Source of the DNA: Verrucomicrobiota bacterium | GTDB lineage: Bacteria > Verrucomicrobiota > Verrucomicrobiia > Limisphaerales > Palsa-1400 | Reading direction: 5' to 3' | DNA: 15,817 bases | Assembly (NCBI GenBank): GCA_049510745.1 | Contig: JBEKYR010000070.1 | Span: forward strand, 1-15,817 | Shown: positions 1 to 6,681 of the stretch, in pieces | How positions within the stretch are numbered: position 1 is the stretch's first letter | How the letters are laid out: every line of letters begins with the position of its first letter | The notes under the pieces: model-generated | What the model saw: the letters and a program-made list of their open reading frames with translations, nothing else | What the model was told of the DNA's origin: nothing | Databases searched by the model: none | Position numbers and translations under genes: made by a program

Positions 1-197
1 CTGTACACATGGCGCCGTTCCACGGGACGCGCGCAAAAAATCCTGAGATTTCGCCTCCTCTCGGCCTAACCAGCCCGCTCATGCCGCTACAAGCACCTAA
101 CTGGCCGAACACAACTGATTTGCAATTGGCAATTTTCAATTCCCTTCCGCTCCACGCCAGGCCTTCGCCGTCAGGCCCCGGGGCGCATCTTTTTGGA

Positions 198-251
198 CAC
201 CCGTCAGGGCTTCGGGAGGCCACGCCTCGATCAACCGGGAAAATGACGAAT
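198..251 (+). repeat. ~55-bp dispersed intergenic repeat, copy 1 (inverted relative to 6601-6655)
   Basis: CACCCGTCAGGGCTTCGGGAGGCCACGCCTCGATCAACCGGGAAAATGACGAAT matches the reverse complement of 6601-6655 with 3 substitutions and a 1-bp indel. It contains small hairpins (CCC-GTCA-GGG; GAGGC-CAC-GCCTC). Confidence 0.9.
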
Positions 252-261
252 GACGGAATCC

Positions 262-1071
262 TCAGGCGATCTTGATGCCCGCCGCCTCAAACTGTTTGCT
301 GGCGTTTTCCAGCAGATCGGATCTCACGCCCGCCGCGGCGTCGGGATCGGCAGTCGCAGCGGCCAGCGTGAGAATGACGCCTTTGCTGGTCACGCGGGTG
401 AAGCGGCAGCCATCGACCTGGGCGATTCTTTGATCGGCTTTGGCCAAATCGAGCAGAATCTTGCGCGCCCGGTCAAGGTCGCCTCCGGCCGCCACGTATA
501 TGGAAACGTCGCAGGGTGTGCGCGGCGGGAGCAGGGAAAGATCAACGCACGCCTGGCTCGCCATGATGTTGTTGGGAATGATCAGGCGCCGTTTGTCCGC
601 CGTGCGCAGGGCGGTGTAGCCAAGATCAATGCTCTCGACCATCCCCGTTTCCTGGCCGCTGGGCAGAAACACTCGCATCCGGTCGCCGATTTTGAACGGG
701 CGGTAGAGGACGATGGAAATCCCGCTGATGAGGTTGCCCAGGGTGCTCTGCGCCGCCAGACCGACCACGACCGACGCCACGCCGCCAATGGCCAGCGAGG
801 CCGTGCCCAGCTTCTGTAGCGCGGGCACGAGGTGCGCGTAGCAAACGAAGCCAAGAATATAAACCGCTATGCGCGCCAGTTGGCCCAGGAACCGGATGCC
901 CGTCGGGTCCGCCCCGGCCCGTTCGGAGTTGTCCAGGTAACGGTCAATGGCCAGACGGACGGCCCGCCCGATCAATATCGCCGCCAGCGCGCACAGCACT
1001 CCCACGAACACCGCCCCCGGCAGGGTTTTGGTGTCCATCAAGCTGTCGGCCATCTTCGACCAGTTTGTCAT
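262..1071 (-). CDS. mscS: Small-conductance mechanosensitive channel (MscS family)
   Basis: 269 aa with N-terminal hydrophobic helices. MscS signatures: 'VVGLAAQSTLGNLISGISIVLYRPFKIGD', 'G.VESIDLGYTALRTAD...LIIPN'. Confidence 0.9.
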   Translation of the reverse strand: MTNWSKMADSLMDTKTLPGAVFVGVLCALAAILIGRAVRLAIDRYLDNSERAGADPTGIRFLGQLARIAVYILGFVCYAHLVPALQKLGTASLAIGGVASVVVGLAAQSTLGNLISGISIVLYRPFKIGDRMRVFLPSGQETGMVESIDLGYTALRTADKRRLIIPNNIMASQACVDLSLLPPRTPCDVSIYVAAGGDLDRARKILLDLAKADQRIAQVDGCRFTRVTSKGVILTLAAATADPDAAAGVRSDLLENASKQFEAAGIKIA

Positions 1072-1097
1072 ACTCGCAAGACCACTGTAGCGGTTTC

Positions 1098-1451
1098 CTA
1101 TCCTTTCGTGTCAGACAACCTGAGAATCGCGCGGACTTCATTCACAAGCACGGGGAGGTGTTGCTCCACGATTCCCCAGACGACTTGATCATCCACCGTG
1201 TCGTAGCCGTGGATGATGCGGTTGCGAAAATCGACTATTCGCCGAAGCTCGGAAATTCGCGCGGCTGTGGCTGCATCGACCCGGGTCAGTCGGTTGAGCG
1301 CCTCGCCGATGATTTCAAACTCGCGTTCCACCGCCCGGCGAAAAAAGCGATCACGCGTGTAATCCGCCAGCGTGCGGTTTCCGGTGTGTTCGAGAATGCT
1401 CTCGCCGGCTTCCACGACATCAAGCAACAGTTTCTTGGTGGCGTCCGTCAT
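1098..1451 (-). CDS. hepT: HEPN/DUF86 ribonuclease toxin (HepT-like)
   Basis: 117 aa from ATG at 1451 (MTDATKKLLLDVV...). Contains 'AVEREFEIIGEA' and 'FRNRIIHGY' (RX4HXY HEPN motif). Overlaps the upstream nucleotidyltransferase gene by 32 bp. Confidence 0.88.
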   Translation of the reverse strand: MTDATKKLLLDVVEAGESILEHTGNRTLADYTRDRFFRRAVEREFEIIGEALNRLTRVDAATAARISELRRIVDFRNRIIHGYDTVDDQVVWGIVEQHLPVLVNEVRAILRLSDTKG

Positions 1452-1752
1452 AGAGAAGTTGGCGCGCGGCGAAAACAGCCCGCCGAAAATAGGGATTGCG
1501 GATGGAACTTTCTGTGACCAAATCGACCCGGCGTCGAAAGAGATCTTCCAACGCTTGGGCCAAACCGAGGTAGTTGTCGGCGTAATCGGCCGGCGGCTGC
1601 GGCTGGAGCGTGACGAGAAAATCCAGATCGCTCTGCTCGGGCTGAAATCGGCCGTCCGCTCCCGAGCCAAAGACGTACAGAGTCTCCACCCGAAAGCGGT
1701 GGCAGACCTCCTGCAACGGCTCTTTCAGTTGGACAATCAGCGGATCGATCAT
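1420..1752 (-). CDS. mntA: Minimal nucleotidyltransferase antitoxin (MntA-like)
   Basis: 110 aa. 'LYVFGSGADG...SDLDFLV' (GS-X11-DXD) and 'LEDLFRRRVDLV'. Lies directly upstream of the HEPN gene. Confidence 0.88.
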   Translation of the reverse strand: MIDPLIVQLKEPLQEVCHRFRVETLYVFGSGADGRFQPEQSDLDFLVTLQPQPPADYADNYLGLAQALEDLFRRRVDLVTESSIRNPYFRRAVFAARQLLYDGRHQETVA

Positions 1753-1788
1753 GCGACAAGCATAAATGAATCACCGCCGCCAGGCAAG

Positions 1789-1808
1789 CCCGCTCGGGCC
1801 CGAACGGG
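1789..1808. promoter_or_regulatory. 20-bp near-perfect palindrome between the divergent TA operon and prepilin gene (candidate operator)
   Basis: CCCGCTCGGGCCCGAACGGG has one mismatched pair. Its function is inferred only from its position. Confidence 0.3.
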
Positions 1809-1880
1809 TGGGGGACCTCAAATCATCTAAGATAATCCCCTTGCATAAGCCCCTGAAATAGAGTAAAGGAGGAATAGAAG

Positions 1881-2570
1881 TTGGAGGTCATCTTGAAGAT
1901 CAAGAACTCGCATCGATCCGAGCCGGGAATTACCTTGGTGGAAGCGCTCGTGGTGGTCGGGGCTTTGGCAGTTTTAGTTGTCATGCTGTTGCCCAGCTTG
2001 TCGAGGGGGCATTCCTGCTCTCACTGTCAGCGGATTTCCTGCATCAATAATCTGAAACAAATCGGCACCGCCTTCCGCATTTGGGAGGACGACAATGGCA
2101 ACACGTATCCGATGGAGGTGTCCACAAATCTGGGCGGAACAAAGGAGTACGCCTTTGGGCCGGAGGTTTTCAGGCACTTTCAGGCCATGCAAAATGAGAT
2201 GGGCCAATCTGCCAGAATCGTGCTCTGTCCCGAGGACACGGGACGTTCCGCCGCAACAAACTTTATTAACTTCAACAATGCAAACCTCAGTTACTTCGTC
2301 GGCGTCACCGTCTCGGCCACCAATCAAAATCCGGACCTCTTTCTGTGTGGCGACCGGAATCTGACCAACGCCTTGGGGGCGCGCCGGGGCCTGTTCTTAT
2401 TGACGACGAACGGAGCGGTCGGCTGGAGCGCCGGGATTCACGGGGACAAACAGATGACGGCGGGAAGAATTCTCTTCGCCGATGGCCGGGTGCTGCCCTT
2501 GCGCACGAGCGACCTGGCGGCGGCCTTGCGGAAACCCGGCGTGGCCCCAGGCCCGCTGGCGATTCCGTGA
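1881..2570 (+). CDS. Prepilin-type N-terminal cleavage/methylation domain protein (DUF1559 / H-X9-DG-like)
   Basis: 'G|ITLVEALVVVGALAVLVVMLLPSL' type IV pilin-like leader, 'CINNLKQIG', and C-terminal 'H...GRILFADG'. AGGAGG at 1867-1872 precedes TTG 1881; alternative TTG at 1893 follows GGAGGT. Confidence 0.85.
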   Translation: MEVILKIKNSHRSEPGITLVEALVVVGALAVLVVMLLPSLSRGHSCSHCQRISCINNLKQIGTAFRIWEDDNGNTYPMEVSTNLGGTKEYAFGPEVFRHFQAMQNEMGQSARIVLCPEDTGRSAATNFINFNNANLSYFVGVTVSATNQNPDLFLCGDRNLTNALGARRGLFLLTTNGAVGWSAGIHGDKQMTAGRILFADGRVLPLRTSDLAAALRKPGVAPGPLAIP

Positions 2571-2610
2571 TGGGCAAAGGAGAAGACTGAAAATCGAGAA
2601 TTTGGAATTT

Positions 2611-3213
2611 TCAATTTTTCGGCGCGGCGCGTTCTTCCGCGCCCGTCAGGCCGGCATGCCATTTGCGCAGCACGCTGACGAAAACGGCGTCGCAACGGCG
2701 GTTGAAAACGCCGATGAAGGAGTCGCCGTGTTTGACCGCCAGCCGGAGCGCCCAGAAAAACAGCACAACGGTGATGACCGTGTTCTGCCAGCCGTCCAGC
2801 CGCCATTGATGCTTCCAAATCCACATCGGGTGCTGGCTGATGGGGCCAAAATAAAAGACGGGCCAAAGGTCCGATGCATCCGGGCCGCGCGAGCCAAGCA
2901 GGTCGCAGAGCAAATGGAGATGAAACGTCAACAACGCCAGCCAAAGCACCCGCCAGCGCCGGCGGGCAAACGCGGCCAGCAGCACCGAGCACCCGATGGC
3001 CGCCGGCAGTCCGTGCAGCAACCAGTGGTGGTATTGAGGATAGTAATAGAGATTGTTGCGCGCGAAGGACCCGTTGGCGATGTCCAAGATAATCCCCAAC
3101 CCATCGAAGTCCGGCGCGATTCCCGCCAGCGCCACCAGCCGGCGGTCGCGCAAGTTGTCAGTCGTTTTCACCGCGACGATCCAACTCGCCAGCAGATGCG
3201 TCAGGGGTGACAT
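2611..3213 (-). CDS. Membrane-bound metal-dependent hydrolase (YdjM/DUF457-like)
   Basis: 200 aa. Motifs 'THLLASW', 'APDFDG', 'HHWLLHGL', 'HLHLLCDLL' plus hydrophobic segments. Starts 10 bp downstream of the kdsD stop. Confidence 0.75.
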   Translation of the reverse strand: MSPLTHLLASWIVAVKTTDNLRDRRLVALAGIAPDFDGLGIILDIANGSFARNNLYYYPQYHHWLLHGLPAAIGCSVLLAAFARRRWRVLWLALLTFHLHLLCDLLGSRGPDASDLWPVFYFGPISQHPMWIWKHQWRLDGWQNTVITVVLFFWALRLAVKHGDSFIGVFNRRCDAVFVSVLRKWHAGLTGAEERAAPKN

Positions 3214-3223
3214 GGCCGGCGCC

Positions 3224-4195
3224 CTACATCAGTTTCAACTTCGGCAAATCCTGCAAGTCGATCAGGCCGATGGGTTCGCGGGCGGCATTGACCACGATCA
3301 GGTCATCGATGTTGCGCTGGTTGAATATCTTCAACGCTTCCACCGCCAGGGCGTCGTCCCGGATGCAGACCGGGTGGCGCGTCATGACGCTGGCCAGCGG
3401 CGCGGCCAGGATTTCCGCGTCCGCCGCCATCTGCCGCCGCAGGTCGCCGTCGGTAAAAACGCCGCTCAACTTGCCGCGCCGGTTGACAATGCTGACGCTG
3501 CCCGATTTGGCGCGGCACATCAGGAGCAACGCTTCCTTGACCGTCAGGTCTTCGCCGGCGACGGGGTTGCGGTTGTCGGTGCGCATGATGTCGCCCACCT
3601 TCATCAGCAGGGCGCGGCCGATGGCGCCGGACGGATGGTGCCGGGCATAGTCCTTTTCCTTGAAACCGCGCGCCTGCAAAACCGTCATCGCCAGGGCGTC
3701 GCCCATCACGAGCATGGCGGTGGTGCTGGCGGTCGGCGCGAGATTGAAGGGGCAGGCCTCCTTGGGCACCCGCACGCTCAGGACCACGTCGCTGTGGCGC
3801 GCCAGCGACGATTTGACCGCGCCGGTCATGGAAATGATTTTGACTGCGAATCGCTTCAGGGCCGGAAGCAAATTCAGCAACTCCTCCGACTCGCCCGAAT
3901 AGCTCAGGGCCAGGATCGCGTCGCCGTCGCTGACGATGCCCAGGTCGCCGTGCAGCGCATCGACACTGTGCAGGAAAACGCTGGTCGAGCCGGTGCTGGT
4001 CAGGGTGGCGGCGATTTTTTGGCCGATGTTGCCGGATTTGCCCACGCCGACGACGATGATCTTGCCGCGCTGGCGCAACGTTTCGACCATGATCTCCACG
4101 GCGGCGTCAAACGCGCCGTCGAGCTGGCCGCGCACGGCTTTGAGGGCCGCGCTTTCGATGTCGAACACTTCCCGTGCCCGGGGCAGATAACTCAT
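3224..4195 (-). CDS. kdsD: Arabinose-5-phosphate isomerase, KpsF/GutQ family (SIS + 2 CBS domains)
   Basis: 323 aa from ATG 4195 (MSYLPRAREV). Motifs 'GVGKSGNIG', 'DALHGDLG', 'LSYSGES', 'EACPFNLAPTASTT', 'HPSGAIG', CBS 'GVFTDGDLRR'. The ORF-track extension to 5065 is antisense to the serpin. Confidence 0.93.
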   Translation of the reverse strand: MSYLPRAREVFDIESAALKAVRGQLDGAFDAAVEIMVETLRQRGKIIVVGVGKSGNIGQKIAATLTSTGSTSVFLHSVDALHGDLGIVSDGDAILALSYSGESEELLNLLPALKRFAVKIISMTGAVKSSLARHSDVVLSVRVPKEACPFNLAPTASTTAMLVMGDALAMTVLQARGFKEKDYARHHPSGAIGRALLMKVGDIMRTDNRNPVAGEDLTVKEALLLMCRAKSGSVSIVNRRGKLSGVFTDGDLRRQMAADAEILAAPLASVMTRHPVCIRDDALAVEALKIFNQRNIDDLIVVNAAREPIGLIDLQDLPKLKLM

Positions 4196-4267
4196 GGGCT
4201 GAGGGTGCCAGCAAGCGCCGCGCTTTTCAATCTGGACTTCCGCGACCGCCGATTTACGGTACGAACC

Positions 4268-5434
4268 ATGAAAGTCCTTTGGGCCTCCCTGTTGTCCCTG
4301 TGCGTTTTCTCCGCGGCCGGGGCGGAGGACGTGGCGCGCGCTTACAATCGGTTTGGGTTTCAATTGCTGGGCCAGTGCCGGCAGTCGCTGGCGAAGACGA
4401 ATTTCTTTTTGAGTCCGGCCGGATTGGGCTTCGCGTTGTCGATGGTGCAGAACGGCGCGAAGGGGGACACGTTGCGCGAGATGCGGGCGGCGTTGCGGGT
4501 GGAGGGGATTCCGCCGGCGGCGTTGAACGGCGGCAACAAGGAATTGCTCGCCCGCCTGTCCAGGCTCGATCCCAGGATCAAGCTGGAAATCGCCAACAGC
4601 CTTTGGCTGGGCAAAGAGGCCGTGATCAAGCCGGATTTCATCGCCGCCAACAAAGAGGCTTACGACGCGGAGGTTTCGAACGCCGATTTCAAAGACCCCG
4701 CCATCGTCAATCATATTAATGACTGGGTCAGCGCCCGCACCCACGGGAAGATTACGCAAATGGTCCAGGCTCCGCTCGATCCCCTGCTCCGGCTCATTGT
4801 CCTCAATGCGATTTACTTCAAGGCCGATTGGGCGGCGCCGTTCGCCACCAACCTCACCCGCGATCTGCCTTTCACGCTCGCCGGTGGCCAGGCGGTGCGT
4901 CATCCGAGAATGAGCCGCACCGCAAGTTACCGCTATCTTGAGCAAGACGGTTTCCAGGCGGTGGAACTCCCCTATTCGGACGGGTCCGTGAGCATGTATG
5001 TGTTTCTCCCCAAGGGCGGACTGGACGCCTTCCTGGGCAGCTTGACGGCGGAGAATTTCGAGCAATGGATTGGGCGGATGGAATCCCGCCGGGGCACGCT
5101 GGAATTGCCGCGGTTCAAACTGGAGAACGAATACAACCTCAAAGCCGTCCTGGCCTCAATGGGGATGCCACTCGCCTTTACGGCGCGGGCGGATTTCAGC
5201 GGGATGTCGGACGAGCCGCTCTGCATCAGTTGGGTCAAGCAGAAGACCTATGTCGATGTGAACGAACAGGGAACCGAAGCCGCGGCGGTCACGGGCATCG
5301 GCATGAGGGCGATGGCCGTTCATGTCGAGCCGCCGCCCTTTCAGATGGTGGTGGACCGGCCCTTTTTCGTGGCGATCCGGGAACGGCAAACCGGACTCAT
5401 TCTTTTCCTGGGGGCGATTTTCGATCCGCGCTAG
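4268..5434 (+). CDS. Secreted serpin (serine protease inhibitor)
   Basis: 388 aa from ATG 4268 with signal peptide (MKVLWASLLSLCVFSAAGA). Motifs 'NFFLSP', 'INDWVSARTHGKI', 'LNAIYFKADW', 'LPRFKLE', hinge 'VNEQGTEAAAVT', 'VDRPFFVAIRE...LILFLG'. Confidence 0.95.
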   Translation: MKVLWASLLSLCVFSAAGAEDVARAYNRFGFQLLGQCRQSLAKTNFFLSPAGLGFALSMVQNGAKGDTLREMRAALRVEGIPPAALNGGNKELLARLSRLDPRIKLEIANSLWLGKEAVIKPDFIAANKEAYDAEVSNADFKDPAIVNHINDWVSARTHGKITQMVQAPLDPLLRLIVLNAIYFKADWAAPFATNLTRDLPFTLAGGQAVRHPRMSRTASYRYLEQDGFQAVELPYSDGSVSMYVFLPKGGLDAFLGSLTAENFEQWIGRMESRRGTLELPRFKLENEYNLKAVLASMGMPLAFTARADFSGMSDEPLCISWVKQKTYVDVNEQGTEAAAVTGIGMRAMAVHVEPPPFQMVVDRPFFVAIRERQTGLILFLGAIFDPR

Positions 5435-6404
5435 GCGGGCCATTTGGATCAGGTTTCCTGAGAATTTCAATTCGGATTTTTTCGATATCGACTCCGAAGT
5501 GTGTGAGGACGCGCGCGGCCACGCCGTCCCCTTCGCGCAGCAGGCCGAGCAGAATATGTTCGGTGCCGACGTAGGTGTGATTCAATGCCTTGGCCTCTCT
5601 GGCGGCGAGCGCCAGGACTTTCTTGACCCGCGGCGTGTACGGAATGTTGCCGACCATCACGGAACCTGGGCCAGTACCAACCCCTTCTTCAATCGCCTTT
5701 CGCACCGCTTCAAGGTCCAGTCCAAGCCGCCGAAGAACATTAACAGAAACGCCCTGGCCCAATGCGATCAGCCCAAGCAGGAGAGACTCGGTGCCGACGA
5801 AATTGTGCTTTAAGCGAGCCGCCTCCCGCCGGGCCAGCGCCAGCGCTTGTTGGGCGTGGGGTGAGAAATTAGGCGTTTCCGGAGTCTGGTGTGACTGTTC
5901 CGTGCCAGGCTGCCTTTCACAAAGTTCCGCGCCAGGCGGAAAATGCGGACGGAGTTCCACCAGGATTGCGTCCCGGGTTTTTTCGATATCGACTCCGAAG
6001 TGTATGAGGACGCGCGCGGCCACGCCGTCCCCTTCGCGCAGCAGGGCGAGCAGAATATGTTCGGTGCCAACGTAGCTGTGGCCTAATGCCTCGGCCTCTT
6101 TGGCGGCGAAGGCCAGAACTTTCTTGACCCGCGGCGTGTAGGGAATGGCGCCGGCTATCTTGGAATCCGGGCCGGTGCCAATCTCATCTTCGACCGCCTT
6201 CCGCACCGATTCAAGGTCCAGTCCGAGCCGATGAAGAACATTAACAGAAACGCCCTGGCCCAATGCGATCAACCCAAGCAGGAGATGCTCGGTGGCAACG
6301 AAATTGTGATTGAAGCGATCCGCCTCCCGCCGGGCCAGTTCCAGCACTTGTTGGGCTCGGGGTGTGAAATTGTGCATTTCCGGCATCTGGTGTGACTGTT
6401 CCAT
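5397..6404 (-). CDS. Clp protease N-terminal-domain-only protein (two tandem ClpC N-domains, four Clp repeats, no AAA+ module)
   Basis: Two copies of 'NF(T/S)P.AQQ.L.LARREA....HNFV.TE.LLLGLIALGQGV...IPYTPRVKKVLA.AA.EA.AL.H.YVGTEHILL.LLREGDGVAARVL'. No Walker motifs. Start uncertain (ATG 6404, 6386 or 6377). The 3' end overlaps the serpin 3' end by 38 bp. Confidence 0.85.
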   Translation of the reverse strand: MEQSHQMPEMHNFTPRAQQVLELARREADRFNHNFVATEHLLLGLIALGQGVSVNVLHRLGLDLESVRKAVEDEIGTGPDSKIAGAIPYTPRVKKVLAFAAKEAEALGHSYVGTEHILLALLREGDGVAARVLIHFGVDIEKTRDAILVELRPHFPPGAELCERQPGTEQSHQTPETPNFSPHAQQALALARREAARLKHNFVGTESLLLGLIALGQGVSVNVLRRLGLDLEAVRKAIEEGVGTGPGSVMVGNIPYTPRVKKVLALAAREAKALNHTYVGTEHILLGLLREGDGVAARVLTHFGVDIEKIRIEILRKPDPNGPPSADRKSPPGKE

Positions 6405-6423
6405 GCCAGACTGCCTATCACAA
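5473..6423. repeat. Intragenic direct duplication, ~450-bp units offset by 501 bp (5473-5922 and 5974-6423)
   Basis: Long near-identical DNA runs, e.g. TTCGATATCGACTCCGAAGTGT at 5481 and 5982, and GTGACTGTTCC at 5891 and 6392. Confidence 0.95.
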
Positions 6424-6521
6424 TGCGCCACGCTGCCGCAACACCAAACCGGACGCATCCCGTTTTTTGGCAATCCCATTCTCCATAGGAGATTGTGGCC
6501 CGCCGCAGCCAAGCCCACAAG

Positions 6522-6581
6522 AATGACGAATGACGAAGCTCTAATGACGAAACAATGACGAAGCACGAATGACGAAGCCAA
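6522..6581 (+). repeat. Heptamer-period repeat (AATGACG)n
   Basis: AATGACG at 6522, 6529, 6543, 6554 and 6568, interspersed with AAGCTCT, AAGCACG and AAGCCAA units. Confidence 0.85.
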
Positions 6582-6600
6582 AACGATGCTGTTGGTCCAT

Positions 6601-6655
6601 ATTAGTCATTTTCCCCGGTAGATCGAGGCGCGGCCTCCCGAAGCCCTGACGGGTG
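6601..6655 (-). repeat. ~55-bp dispersed intergenic repeat, copy 2
   Basis: Reverse complement is CACCCGTCAGGGCTTCGGGAGGCCGCGCCTCGATCTACCGGGGAAAATGACTAAT, near-identical to 198-251. Confidence 0.9.
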
Positions 6656-6681
6656 ACTGAATTGCTGAGATGCGCGTCCTC

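Noticed and set aside
1..275. 88-aa ORF 9..275 and a possible minus-strand start at 10
   Set aside because: The ORF spans repeats and is Pro-rich with no motif. Too little sequence remains at the window edge to call a gene.
3053..5434. 793-aa (+) and 613-aa (-) ORFs suggesting serpin or KdsD fusions
   Set aside because: The N-terminal extensions are antisense shadows of the divergent neighbour. The real starts are 4268 (+) and 4195 (-).
6460..6581. CIRCE or CtsR box upstream of the Clp-N gene
   Set aside because: TTGGCAATC resembles only one CIRCE half-site with no partner at N9. The AATGACG units share only TGAC with the CtsR heptad and have the wrong spacing.
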